Source: Takakia lepidozioides (taxonomy: Eukaryota; Plantae; Bryophyta). Taken from it: a stretch of 64,000 nt of DNA. The translations under genes and the position numbers were made by a program. The notes beneath the pieces are model-generated. The model searched no databases. It was not told where the DNA came from and saw only the letters and a program-made list of their open reading frames with translations. Below are positions 23,390 through 37,058 of the stretch, in pieces. Within the stretch, counting starts at the first letter, position 1, and the number at the start of each line of letters is the position of its first letter. The stretch covers positions 90,582,001-90,646,000 of the forward strand of contig CM060731.1 of the NCBI GenBank assembly GCA_030704615.1. Direction: 5' to 3'.

Positions 23390-26300
23390 TGTCGCGCGCC
23401 TTTTACTCACCCATCCCTTCGCTATCCGAGGCGGAAACTCCAAGATAGAAGAGTTGGAAATCTCAAATACTCAGCCGCACAGAAACAATCAGTCATGACC
23501 TACAGCTAGTGTATCATGGGGGTGTTTCCTATTTGTTTCCCTTTTCCGCATTCATCTTAGCTACCTTACCATTGATATTAAGATCATTTGCTTCATCAAT
23601 CTATCGGTTTCCTTCACTCCTCCATTCATCAATCCACAGCTTCTCTCAGATCTCTCTACATACAGTGTGATTGTATCGTATAAGTATCAGATTATGATTT
23701 ATCAGGTATCAGGCCGAAGCCATTATGTCTCTAATCTTCTTTCCTATATCACTACAGCTTTGCATATAACAAGCATCTACTAATCCTCTTTTCTCCTTCA
23801 TCGTGCTCTCGCGATCTCCGCTCCGCCTGACTCCGAAGTCCTCCTCCGAATAATGATCATCCCTTCTTCATTCCCCGTTTCTCCCTTTATCCTCCTATCC
23901 GCGGTTCTAACCGTTTCCCTCTCTAACCGTCGTATGTGAACTAACATGTTCCCTTCACAGGTGTTGTTCCCCATCGTTCCCTGTCCTACTCTTCGTTCCC
24001 TATTATCGTGACAGCTGTGTCAAGCGTGACTGGCTGTGTTTGGCTGTGTCGGGCTGTGACTGGCTGTGTGGCTGTGCCGGGCTGTGACTGGCTTTGTGGG
24101 CTGTGTCTGCTGTGACGACTGTGACGGGCTGTGTGGCTGTGTGGGCTGTGACGACTGTGACGGGCTGTGTGGGCTGTGACGGCTGTGTGGACTGTGTGGG
24201 GCTGTGACGACTGTGACGGGCTGTGTGGGCTGTGTGGGCTGTGACTGCTTGTGTCGGCTGTGTTGGCTATGTAACCCCCCTCTACAGTGCGCTGCTGTCC
24301 CCCCAAGTTCCTGTTTCTCAGTCTGTGCAAATTAGGTACCCTACAGATCCCGTATAAGTGTCTAAGTCCCCTACAGTCCTCTAACATTTACCCCTTCCTC
24401 CCTCAAAAAGCCGTGTCCTCACGGTTTACTGTTTCTGAGTAGCAACCCTTTGTGAGTGAGCACCTTGTTGACGTTGAGAGTTCTTGGTGGGCTGTGTGTA
24501 CGAGCCCGAGGTCTCTCTCTCTGGTTGACGGAGATGGTTGATCATTACCTGGATAAGTGAGGCTTCTGGAGGTTGATATCGAGGTAATCTTTCCGGCATA
24601 GGAGATCCCCTTTGTTTCTTCTCTTCCATCTGAATTGCATAGTCTTCTCCCATGTCAAAAGAATTCTGTGAAGAAACAGTGTATCAGAATCCTCATCGCC
24701 TCTCAGGTGTTTTAAATTTTCGAACTTTTTTGGATCATCTGGGGCATACAATCTGTCCTACCATGTCTGGAAGTTTGCATTTTACCACCTGGTGTAAAAC
24801 GTTGAACAGCAAAATTGGTGTAGACACTGAGCTCCTTGTCTGTCCAGATGAGTGGGGTACCATTACTGGTGCAGCGTGCAAGTATTTCCATGCGATATGT
24901 CCTTATAGAAATGTCATCAAGTCCGAATTTCTTGTTGACAAATTGTTGCAGGCTGCTTGAAACCATGAACGAATTTGAGAATCCTTCTGTATCATAACTT
25001 TTGGGTCATATAGGTACATATGAGGTGGCACTGAAGGTAATACATACCCATGATCTCCACTGGAGTAACTTTGAAAGCGTGCTTGCATCTTTTGTTGCTC
25101 AATGTGGTAACGTATCGAAAACAGCAGCGTAGTATAGCCCGCACCCCATACAATACTTGCTATCTCCTTGGTCTTGGTATAAATGAGTCCATGTACAACC
25201 TGGAAAGCAACCAATTCCCTCAACATGGTACCTGCCTCTTCGTGCCAGTATTGTGCAAAGTGATGATCTTCAATATGTCGATTGTTTGGAAGAACTTTAG
25301 TCCTGGTTGCCACTGCAGCCAAATACGCATGATTTGGTAGTAATGTGCGATGACTGCGGAGGACTAAATTCTTTCCAAGCCAAATCCAACATGATGGGAA
25401 TTTGGTTGAAGGGCATAATCATAGCCCTACTGTATTCCCTGGCAGCTGGAGTTTTAGGTGGGTTAAAAGCGCATTGCCCATACCTCCGCTGTGGTGGCTG
25501 TGGTGTGGTTGTAGTAACCACAGGTCAGCTACTGGTACACTGACCGTTTTTGTTGTGGTGTACTGGTTCCTGTCCATTGGCATCTCTGCACCTCCTGTGA
25601 AGACTGAAAAGCCAGAGTTCTGGCTTGCAAATAAGAAGCCATTAGCGTTTCCTGAGGGATATAGACTCTTTGGGCGATGTTTGAGTTTAAGTGAGGTCTT
25701 CACTGAGTCTGGAGTCCGTCTACATCCTCTTGTAACTCTGCTATCCTACTATAGACATTGTCTATAGTAGTTGTGGCAATGTTCTGCACCTGCAGTCTGA
25801 GCTCATTCATCTCGCTTTGGGTGAGCTTCCGTGGGCTTTTGCCTCTACTGGCCCTTGTGCTAACCAGACCTGCATAAGGCTGTTATCCCACCCAACTGCT
25901 TGTGGTTCCCCTGAGAGTTTGCTCTTCTCTTAGCTTGTACAATTCCAACGCTATTGTAAAGCCTCCATGCGCTTCGCCTGTGGCTCAACCAATTGCGCAT
26001 AGGCAGCAAGTAGATTATTGGCTTCCTTTCGAAGCCTTGTTACTGACCGCGATTTCATTTCTATTGGCCACGATAGTTTGTTGCAACTCCACGATGTATT
26101 TCTCTTGCTCAGCTTCCATCTGCCTGTATTGCTTAAAAGTATCTTCATTGGCGACAGATTGTATTCCTCATATCGACAATGAGCTTCATGCTCCACATTC
26201 TCTTCTTCTGCCTTCGTACATTTTTCCGCTTGACTGTTATTTCTTGTTGATTGGTCAAGCATAGTTGTAAATGTAGCGCATTGGTATCGCCATCCTGTTT

Positions 26301-27628
26301 ATGCACTGTCTGCAACTCCGTATGTAGTGCATTCAGTTCTTGCACTTGCTTTCATGCTGCACCTGCATTTGGTATAGCTGTTGCTTATGTGCTTCGTGCA
26401 ACTGGTCTTGCGCGAGCCTGCCTCAATCAATTGTTGCTTGGCCATTGTGCAAGCATTTCTGTATTGGCCAAGTCCTGCTTCATCTTGAGAGTGACCTCTT
26501 CATCGACCTTGTTTGCACACTCAGTGGCAAGTCGAGCCTCAAACTCCTTCCTGAGTTCTTCTTTCAAGGCTGTCAATTGGGTAATTGGAACATGGGTTTT
26601 TGACATAAGTCCCCAACAAATTAAGTGTCCTGCCTATGGAACTCATCAGCATCCTGTTGAGGGTCATATGGTGAGGTTGCTGCTGTTCCGCCCGATCTTC
26701 AACAGTATGATGTCTCACTAACCATTCAGACCATTGTCCCACCGGATTTTCTTCCTGAACTACTTCATTTATGACCGGTGCTACAGTGTCATGGCCTTCG
26801 CCTGTGGTACCCTCCGACACAGGTGTGGCATTATATGTACCTCAGGATTGCTTCTTGGCAACTGTTGCACCTCTGGGATTTCTGTCTGCTTGACCAGACC
26901 AGAATATTCATAGAGAAGGTCCCCTTTCTCTATTTCCGCCTATCGTTCTGTATTTGGAATATCTATCCTTCACTTTCCAAATCAATTATTCGGTTGAGCT
27001 GCATGGATAACTTGTGACCTTGTGGACAAGTCGTTCAGTGGAGGGCTGTGTTGGGTGTGATGCAGAAGTAACTTCTTCCTCCCTCTCTGAAGGTCCTGCT
27101 TCCAGTAATAACATTCTTTTGTGCTGCTGTGCCCCTTCCGTGGTCATAGAGCTTGGGAAACATTATCATCATGCGGAATCCGTAAAGCCAGTGGATCTGC
27201 CACTACAGTCTTTCCCCTTCTCTTCTCTGCCTCTTAGTCTCGGGTTGTGCTGCTAGTCCACCCTCACTGTGTGAAGAGCCTTGCTCTTCCATTGCAGTTG
27301 TTTCTGGCTCAACACTCCCCTTTCCTTCCTTTCTTGTGCATTAAGTATGGCCAGAACTAAGGATTAGTTTGAGCAATGATTGGGCCAGACACTTGATAGG
27401 AATTTTTGCGGTATACCGCACTTGTAATCTTTCATATCTCCTCCATACCAGTAGCGTTGTACATATGTCCGCCCATTGTACTCTTGTCCCTTCAAGCCTT
27501 TGAGGATTTCCTCCTCTGTGAGAGATCCCTTCTCAAATATTTTGGTTCTGTTTCAGGGCATTCAGGAACGTCATACGGCCTATGTCTTTTAACCCTGTAC
27601 ACAGCTTTGTACAAGCATCACCCTGAGT
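23390..27628 (-). mobile_element. Second, inverted copy of the large Gypsy 3' region (LTR 23390-24386, PPT, extra ORFs), truncated by the gap
   Basis: Near-identical reverse complement of ~14740-19042 with many 1-bp indels. Confidence 0.93.
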
Positions 27629-28128
27629 NNNNNNNNNNNNNNNNNNNNNNNNNNNNNNNNNNNNNNNNNNNNNNNNNNNNNNNNNNNNNNNNNNNNNNNN
27701 NNNNNNNNNNNNNNNNNNNNNNNNNNNNNNNNNNNNNNNNNNNNNNNNNNNNNNNNNNNNNNNNNNNNNNNNNNNNNNNNNNNNNNNNNNNNNNNNNNNN
27801 NNNNNNNNNNNNNNNNNNNNNNNNNNNNNNNNNNNNNNNNNNNNNNNNNNNNNNNNNNNNNNNNNNNNNNNNNNNNNNNNNNNNNNNNNNNNNNNNNNNN
27901 NNNNNNNNNNNNNNNNNNNNNNNNNNNNNNNNNNNNNNNNNNNNNNNNNNNNNNNNNNNNNNNNNNNNNNNNNNNNNNNNNNNNNNNNNNNNNNNNNNNN
28001 NNNNNNNNNNNNNNNNNNNNNNNNNNNNNNNNNNNNNNNNNNNNNNNNNNNNNNNNNNNNNNNNNNNNNNNNNNNNNNNNNNNNNNNNNNNNNNNNNNNN
28101 NNNNNNNNNNNNNNNNNNNNNNNNNNNN
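27629..28128. other. Assembly gap (500 N)
   Basis: Run of n. Confidence 1.
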
Positions 28129-28616
28129 ACTTTCGCCACATTCACTCATTCCCAGCATTAGCTCAAACATGAAGACTTGCCGCCATAGCACATGTAAGGG
28201 CTGCTAATAAAAGCCTAGAATGTCGCAGCCAGGCTGCTTTATCCTTCATTAAACACCTCCAGAGGTATCAAACGCCCTAGAATTACGCCGTGTGAGCACT
28301 GTAATCGCCATCACTCAGCTTCAGCAGAAACCTCAAAGCACGAGAGTCATGGTTTTTTAGGGTTAGCGTCGTGATAAGGCCATCACCCTTACGATTTCAT
28401 CCAATGAGGATGAAAATCCAAAACTCTGATAGCATTGCACAGTTTTCATTACTGCTGTCCCCTGGTATGGATGTCATCCAGCCAGGATGAAAAAGCAGTA
28501 TAGTTCTCATCTGGTATAGATGAGACCTTAATAAAAAAACTTTTCAGGATCAGAAAACACTCCAAAGCAGCTGGGCTTAAGGGAAGAAATTGATTAATCC
28601 TGAACCTGATATCCGG

Positions 28617-28755
28617 AGTGAGGGAGAGAGAGGGTGAGAGGGTGAGAGGGGGCAGAAAAAAAAATAACGTGGGGGGGGGGGGGTAGTGACTGAGCAGCTG
28701 CTGCTCAGTCACCCCCCCCCCCCCCCACCCTTTTTTTTTTTTTTTTCTTTTCTTT

Positions 28756-28795
<40 letters not shown>
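28617..28795. repeat. Nested foldback: (GA)-rich, polyA, polyG, 13-bp perfect inverted repeat, polyC, polyT, (CT)n
   Basis: GTGACTGAGCAGC-T-GCTGCTCAGTCAC at 28686-28712 with mirrored simple-sequence flanks. Confidence 0.75.
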
Positions 28796-28796
<1 letters not shown>

Positions 28797-31700
28797 CTTT
28801 CTTTTTGTGAATGTGGATATGTTCTTTGTAACAACACTCAAGAACTGCCTGATCCCTTTGTCTCCAGCCTTGAACATATAGGGACATTTGATGGCAAACT
28901 AATACGTGATATCTTGAGCTAGGCCCTGTAGCAATAGCATAATAGAGTATATGTGTACACCTTCTACATGATCCAGTCAATGTACATTGTTCTCTTGGCT
29001 GGTCTACTGTAGCGAATGCCTTGTATCAGCATTATGAAACCTGAAAATGAGAGGCTTGAGGAATTTTTTTTCTCTCTTTCTTTCCTTAAATGTTGCTAAG
29101 ACCTTTATAGATAGCATTCAATAATTGCCTGATCCCGTTATTCCGTTCAGATTTTTTTGTCTAGAACGGAACGGTGAATTGGATAACGGGGATGACTCAC
29201 TAGGATGACTCATTAGGGTTCATCCTAGAGGTCTTAACCTAAAGCTGCTGCCCTATATGGTTAGTATGCTTGGCCACTCTTCTCATTTGGAAGAGGAGCA
29301 GGCAAGAGCTGAAGGAGCTGACTACACTATGTCTACAAACAAGGTATCCATTCAGACTCCTTCAACACTGTGATGGGTTGCTTAGGATGGCAACACAAAG
29401 AGAGTTGACACTATGAGGAACTTATATGGACTTGACTAAGCTCTACTCTGAATCTAGGAATACTTTTGCAAAACCAAGGGCTTCTATATGTCCCCTTGCT
29501 TGAGTGCTTGGCTCTAGTGACACCTTCCTTTTGGGAATGGGTGCTTACAGACATGAGACCACCCCCCCTCCCTCTGGAGCATGGGCTGAAATAGGTGTAC
29601 TGAGTTATGTACCTATGTTGAATGGCTGAAAGGACCTCTCTTACCTCTCCTCTCTTGCTAGTATGACCTGTTGCAGGGATGACATTGATAACAAATGTGA
29701 AGGGGTTTAAGCCTGGGGTTCCACAGGGATCACTAACCTGTTGGTTGGTTTGTTGGTTGTGATGGATCCAGGTGATGCCACTTCACCTTCTTTTGTTGCA
29801 GGAAATGCTACTAAGGGCAAGAGACTAAGGGAGTGAGGCTTTGAGCTCTCTCAAACCCCAAATCTGTTTGTATGTGTTGCTTATGTACACATATTATTGT
29901 TGTTTTTGCTTTGTTTGGTTTGATGGATCTACCTACATGGAAAGGCGTTGCGTTACCTAGTGTGCATTTGATTGCCACTTTCTACACCTAAAAATTGGTT
30001 TTCCAGCAAGGATATGTAAAGGTATGGAGGCAGATCTGGGTAGAGACAGTTTGATGGTGCCTAGAATTAGGTTGTATAATGTCGTTAAAAAGAGGCGAAC
30101 ACCGCACATTGTGTTTAGTGTTTCCTTGTCTAGCTTTGACATGCTATGTGAATCTTTCTCCCTCTCTTTTGTGCTGCTCACAAGAAAAAACAAACCAGAG
30201 AGAGAGAGAGGGGGCAGAAAAAGTTAAAAAGAGAGAGGGAGAGAGTGGGAAGATATTCATGTCATGTCAAGACATGGACAAGACCCTACTAGGGTCATTG
30301 TCAATTAAAGACATAAACAGCCCAAAACAGGGCACCATCTAACATTTGTCATAGCTTCCCAATTGACATCATACAATCATTCATGATAAAACAGGGTGGG
30401 AGGGCGGGGTTTGTTCTTGTGTGGGACAAGATAAGATATTGCCGCCTATATGCAAGCTGGAAGGCATCTTGGTTCAGCCTGCCCACATGCCTTACCAACA
30501 GGTCATGTATTGAAGGAGCATAAAGTGCTGAGGTCATGCAAAGGGCAAGGTACCATGGTCCAACATGCCCTATTACCATTTCAAGACACGTTTCAAACAT
30601 ACATCTTGGGCATGACACACAGGTTGCAGCATCTTATCTTATCTTTAATTACAGCAAGTCATGCTTCAGTTAAGGCATAAGGACCAGCCTGCAATTTTTC
30701 AGAATCAGAACATGCCTCCAAGCAATCCTACTTGGGCATGATAAAATAGATTCCATACCATTTGTACTCACCCCGAGACATGTAATCATACAAGGTGTCA
30801 AGGGAATGTGAATTCAGCCTGTCAAATTGCAACTTCAAGACTTCTACACACAAGTAACTTGAACAACCGAGATCCAGCCTCTTTGGCACATAAAAAACTC
30901 AGATTACAGGTCATAGGCCTGATGTCATGACAAGGCCAAAACTATAGGTAGGATTCCATTACAGCTTACCATCCTCATCCTTCAAGAGGTCCATGCTAAA
31001 GCTTGCAAAAAACACCTCACTATGATCCATCACACACCAGAAACAGGCCCAAAAAGGAGTAGGTCGGTGCCTCAGGCTGCCGCCATAACATTCAAGGCCA
31101 CCACGTCCTTAGAGTCCCAAACCCGCCAAGGCAGCCCCCATAAAACCAGATCCTCTATGGCCCAAAGAAATTACAACCTAGCTCATTAATCCGTAGGCCC
31201 TGCTGTCAAGGATCAAAAGATAGGGTATGGTTTATATGCAGGCCTCAGGAGACAGGCCAAACACGTCGATCTGCCCCATCGACAGAACAACCAAAGCCAA
31301 AACAAAGGCTATAGCATGCCAAACCAGGAGCAGTCGGGTTGAATTTGAGGTTGCAGGCAGCAGCCACTTCAAGGCGCCATAACTTACAGGTCTCCTCAGC
31401 TTATATCCCCAACTGCATGCTCAAGAACTTTCAAAGTAAGTTAGGATCCTCACCTGGTCCCATCACAAGCCCCCACAAAATCAACGGATTAGTGAGGATT
31501 GTGGAACCCTAGGTGAATCACAGACCCTCACACTTGTCATCGATATCAACTAAGAATCTCAAAAGCAAGAGAATAAGATAAGAACACAAGGATCCCTAAA
31601 CTCCAAAGGCACCTTAAGCGATTGGGGAAGAGGGTTATGCGCCATCACCACCCGCAGCAAAGTCACCTCCACAAAGCACATGAGCAATGAAGCAAAGCAG

Positions 31701-33869
31701 GCAAACTCACAAGGCAATAGAAGGGAGGGAGAGAGACTTCCCAACACAAATGCCACTGCTAAAATTAAAAGCCAGAGGGGGAAGATGCCACTGCATTCAC
31801 AGCAGTGTTTCCCGCTGCTAGAGAGACAAGGCGCTGCCTTCGCGCATCCCTAGGCGCTCGCCCAGCACGGGTATGACACCACAAACGGGGCTGCCACCAA
31901 AGCACGTCCGCCATAACACTCTCCCCGCGAGCTCAGAAGCACATCTCGTGCTTCTGACAGCGGGAGAGACAGCATAGGGTTTTTTGGCCCGATTTTTCAT
32001 CTGTGAAGGATGAAAAACAGTAAAAAACATTTGAACAAGGATCTTTCCTTGGCTTGCGCTTCCAGATGCAGGAATCTGATTATTCAACTTAATGGTATGG
32101 TCTACACTCTCACCATGATGATGCTTTACTCTGAAAACACATGATCTATACTGGCTCTAAATGTTTTGTGAGCAGAGAGGGTAGTTTATACCTTGCTGGC
32201 ACTTCATAGCCAAAGGTATACTACATTACAACGAGGGAGTACAATCTAGGTACTCCTAAGCAGAGACTATAAGTTTTTATCCCCTTGATACTTTAAGTCC
32301 TGGGATATTGCTATAGGACAGAGGGAGCCTCCTTATGAGAATGGGTCTGGTATACACTCCCTTACGGGGTGAGTGCATACCACACTCACTCCATAAGGCC
32401 GGACTACCATACCAGGGGCTGGATAGTGGGTGCCCCTCTCTCCCTCTCATCTTATATGGTTCAGTTACACATACTTCCATATGCCTATGGTTTCATGACG
32501 ATACGGATGATAATCATCCTGGTTTCATCCCCTTTTTGCCTAAGGTGTTATGTTTTTGTGGCATACTGATGGGATTTCGTCCCGATTTCATCCTGTTATG
32601 ACGAATTGCGTCCTAGAATGGTCATCGCCATGATAAACCTAGCTCTTTTCATCATGTTTCTAACAGTTTTCATTGACTGGCAAACTGTCAGCTTTGGAAT
32701 GAATGGATTACCTGGATGAATGTCGCAGCCTAACACTAAATCGTCAATGCAAACCCTATTTCCCTCTTTGCGCATTGACATCTCCTGCGCGATGGCGGCA
32801 TGATGAAGCTAGGGGGCTGAGGCAGGCGGTTACGATACCCACTTGCTTGGTTTTTTTAAGGATTCTATGAATGATCCCTCATGGTTCAAAAATGAATGCC
32901 AACACTTTCAATGACATCCATGAAGGTTATTGTCTTTGCTGAAGTGATTTCTGTTGAGGGAATTCATGCGGCAGTTATGAATGACAGGCTGTTTCGGTGT
33001 TTTTGTGAATCCTTCCCCCTGAAGCAATTATGAACGGTGGCACTCCTTATGCAAGACAGGAAGGCACCCTTCCTCTTTATAATGCATGCTTTGCTTGCAC
33101 TGGCTCGTGTTTTTTGCTCGGTCTCATTTTACTAGGACTTGGAGCTTTTGGAGCTGCTCACTGTCTTTGTTCAAATCTGTTTGCATGGACGTCGTGCTAT
33201 TTGGTGCAAAGACTTGCTGCTGTCTTGCTCAATTTATTTGCAGGCTGGCGAGCTATGGCTAGGATCCCCCAGATCGTTCAAAGATTGAAATTTGGTTTGC
33301 TACCTAAGGAATTATGACATCTTGTTTTGCTTGAATTCTGATTGTTGGACATCGATAGCAAGTATGACTACTTGCCACTCACCTCGTGCATCCTCACTAA
33401 CACATAATTTCTTGTGGTGGTTTTTGGGACGGGCACAGGTGAGGGTGGTCATTTGACATGATGATTTTCTAAGCATACAAGATTCCGTGGTTTCTTCAAG
33501 GGTACAAGGGCTGCTGCCTGCCGACTTGTTCATCAAGGATTATCGTACTCTCTTGATTCTCTGGGTTTAACAAACTACAAAGTTTCATCTAGTATTTTGT
33601 CACTCCAGGGCAGTAAGGATCTTTGTTTATTAGTTTGTGACAGTCAAGTTCCAAACTTATGACTTCATTTGTTGGTCACTATTCTGATCTGCATATGTTT
33701 TTTTCAGAACCACAAGGGGTACTTGTTTGTTTTTCACAAACCCCTAACATCTACCTGACAATCAGGCCGTATGGAATTTTTCAACTGTTCTGTTTATGAT
33801 ACCCTGCAGAACTAATTGTGAGATCTCTTTATCATACCATAATATCTGTACTGCTCGGCATTGGAGATT

Positions 33870-34898
33870 CTCTCGGTGTTTAGAAAGGAGCTTGAGGAGC
33901 AGGGTCGCATGCGCATCTATGGGCCGAACAAAATGGTGTGGAACCAAAGGGTGTTGTACGGTGAAAATATAGGCGCGCACCTTGGCAATAGACAAAGGAG
34001 GAATACAACAAAGTGAGAGCCACCATGGGTGTTATCCGGACACCAACCGGGTATGGATCATCCCTCCGTACAAAATTCAGCGAAGACACTGTCCATGGTT
34101 TGAAGTCTCACGACTACCATAATATATTGCAAGACATCTTGCCCATTGCAGTACGTGGGATATTGACTCCCGAGGTTCGCGAGACAATCTACAGATTGGG
34201 AGGCTTGTTCCGGTGGATTTGCTCCAAAGAGTTGGAGGAAGCGGATATTCCACGCATGAAGAAGAAGGCGGCGGAGGTAATGTGTATGTTGGAGATGAAC
34301 CTTCATCCCTCCTTCTTTGACATCCAAGTGCATTTGGTAGTGCACTTAGTGGAAGAGGCTTCAATTGTCGGCCCCGTTCATTCTCGGTGGATGTACTTCC
34401 TTGAGCGTTATATCAAGACTTTGAAAGCATTTGTAAGACAAATGGCGCACCCGAAGGGTAGCATGGTGGAGGGGTATACGTTGCAAGAAGCTATGTTCTA
34501 TTGCACGGAGTACATGGCAAGGGTCGATGAGGAAGCCCCTCGGATGTGGAAGAAAGAAGAAGATGCACGAACCAATGACATCGTTTTGCCCAAAAAATCG
34601 TTCGAAGAGGGTAAAATTGTCGACCTTGGTGATTGAGCAAGCGCATGACTTCATACTAAAGAACACCTCATCCATACATGAGTGGGAGGCAAGATACAAT
34701 AACCTTGTTCAACAACGAGAGGAGGAGATGCTTGCATGGAGGCGAAACCATCCAAGGCCGGTCACTAGACGCCATCGACGAGGAGCGGGTCGCCGGAATG
34801 TTCATTCACAAGACTTGCCCATGGAATTGCAGCCTCTAAGTTCATTCCAACAGTGGCTTTGGACCTCAGTTTATGACGCCGTTGCTCAAGGTGAGGTG
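33870..34898 (+). mobile_element. CACTA/En-Spm TNP2-like transposase fragment (DUF4218-type region)
   Basis: GLKSHDYH, HLVVHL, GPVHSRWMYFLERY, GSMVEGY. Confidence 0.88.
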
Positions 34899-36578
34899 TG
34901 ACGAGCCCAGGACGCGCGCGGTCAAGGTGACGGCATACTAGCTAGGAGGGGTCGAGGTGTGTAGCGGAATGGGTTGGGCTCAAGGAACAGTCCACCCGAT
35001 TGTGGTTAGTGCAGGGGTCCGCGGCAATGCCAGTGGCGGGGATCCTCAAACAATTCTAATTCTACCGGCAAAGAGAATACAATTTCTACTTCACAGGGCG
35101 AGATTGCATTTCTAGCTCCTACAGTCTTTTTATGTATTTTTAGTTTTTTAATTGCCCTTCAAGTCTTTGTTTATTACTAAGTGCTACTAGCCTAAACCCC
35201 CGAGCCGCTTATAGCCGGGATTTCCCTTCGTCCCTTCACAAAGCACCTACCAGGTTTAGGGAGAAAGGGAGATCCTCCCTTCCCCAATGCCCCTCTGATT
35301 CCTGTATGGTTGAGTTTAAGCACCTCTCAGGACGGGCCGAAAACCCCTTCCGAACTTCCCAAATCTAGGGGTCGAAGCTTAAATCAATTTCAAAGCTACA
35401 AGCCAATTTCTCCTATTTTCCTTTCCAACAAATAACCACAAATAAATAAATAAAAAGAAAAATAATAATAAAATACCACTGAGCAGAGAATCTGCTCCAG
35501 ATCCCAGGGATCCAGGAATTACCTGCAGGGGCCATGGGGAACTCCCTGAGAATGCACCTGATCTTTGGGAACCCCGGGAACCCGTTCCCGCACGGGGGAA
35601 ACCACTGCCCCTGCCCAACGGATGAAAACAACAGAGGCGGATGAAATCACAGTTCATCCGCCAGCCAAAACGTGCGTTGGTACTTCCGCTACCTATCTTG
35701 CATGGTGGGCCCAGCCTTTTCTCCCTCCAGGCTCTTATAAGATATAATTAAATAAGGGAGCAAGGGCGCTTTCCTACCTTAGAATAAGTCATCCCCTACC
35801 TTTCTCCCTTTCACTATTCACTACTGTAGCCTAAAAACTAGGATAGAGTAGTTTGTACCCAAAATCTCTTCGCCGCTGTCTCGGCGTGTACGGGAATCCT
35901 CACTCTCAGAGACCCAATCCAAAAGAGAGGCCACTCTCTAGGCTATCTCCTCCCCGACTCTCGGATTTTTCCTACCATTAAATCTGTTGATACAGCAAAA
36001 ATCAAAGCTAAGGGGCTATCCCCAATAAACAATAGAGAAGGGTTCAAAAACCCCCTTAAACAACCCCCCCCCCCCCCACCCCGGGGCCGTCCGCTGGGTA
36101 AAGGCTCCCTGGACACGTGGCGGGGCACGCTCAGGCGCGGCCGCACGTGCGGTTTACCCAGCGGTCCGTCTAGTGTATGTCTGCTCCACCGTCCAGCGGT
36201 CCGCCGCCAATCGCGACCGCCTAGTGAACCTGTGCGGACTCTCAGCCTGCCCGCACGCTACTGCTCTACCGCGCGTGTGTGTCATTTCCTCAAGTACAAC
36301 AGTCAACGCACGCCCCGCGCTCCCAACACCACGGCGCGTGGCTGCGGGGCCCAGCGCACAAAGTCCTTTCGCCTCTTAAGCTTATGGCGACTCTATCCCT
36401 GCTTGAGCGGGCCTCAATGGGGCCTCATAATGGGAATAAACAACAAAAAAACAAAAAAACAAAACCCCAAAGAGAGGACCAGCAAGGTGGTTAGTATCTA
36501 GGAGGGCCAGGGTGGCTATACTAACTCACTAACCCCCCTAAAAGACAGGGAAGATCTTATCTAGAGTTGGGGGTCACA
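34897..36578. mobile_element. LTR-like segment (TGTGAC...GTCACA) without matching TSD
   Basis: 6-bp inverted termini; abruptly truncates the CACTA ORF on the left and abuts CACTA subterminal sequence on the right. Confidence 0.55.
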
Positions 36579-36688
36579 AAACGACGCCGCGGGGTTGCCG
36601 TCGCACGCTCGACGCCACGCGGGGCGTGGGGCACGGCTGGCGTCGCAAACCCCCCCCCCCTCCCTCCCCTCCCCCATTTGTTGTAGTG
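36579..36688 (+). mobile_element. CACTA 3' terminus with subterminal repeats
   Basis: GC-rich CGTCGC motifs like those at 39400-39745, ending TTGTAGTG (reverse complement CACTACAA). Confidence 0.6.
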
Positions 36689-36993
36689 ATTGAAGCACTC
36701 ATAACTTGGTATGCATGGAGAAGGTGGCAATTCCCATCTCTGCCATGATTGCATCTCGGTTAAGCTTAGCGTGTCCAGATATTTGCGCGACACTCCCCTG
36801 GGGGATGCACCCCAGCCAACATGTACCAGCCATGTGCGTGCACAGGAGGGGGTATTTTTAACCCCCCCCCATGTACAACATTATACATACATAGGGGGGT
36901 AAACAATACCTTAAATATAAGTACGACACCCATGGTGGGTTCAAATCACCATGCAATCTTGAGTTTTTCGAAAACTTCGAAAATACATGTATT

Positions 36994-37058
36994 TCGCTGC
37001 ACAGATTTGAACTCGAGACCACCTGTACACCACGAGTACGTCCATACCACTAGGCTAC
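36994..37058 (-). other. tRNA-derived (SINE-head-like) sequence
   Basis: A-box-like TAGCCTAGTGG and B-box-like GAGTTCAAATC at tRNA spacing; no clean cloverleaf. Confidence 0.4.

Noticed and set aside
27406-28191. ORFs of 175-251 aa spanning the gap
   Set aside because: Artefacts of translating Ns
28800-33800. Short ORFs in the post-gap region
   Set aside because: No recognisable motifs; probably decayed repeat or LTR-internal DNA
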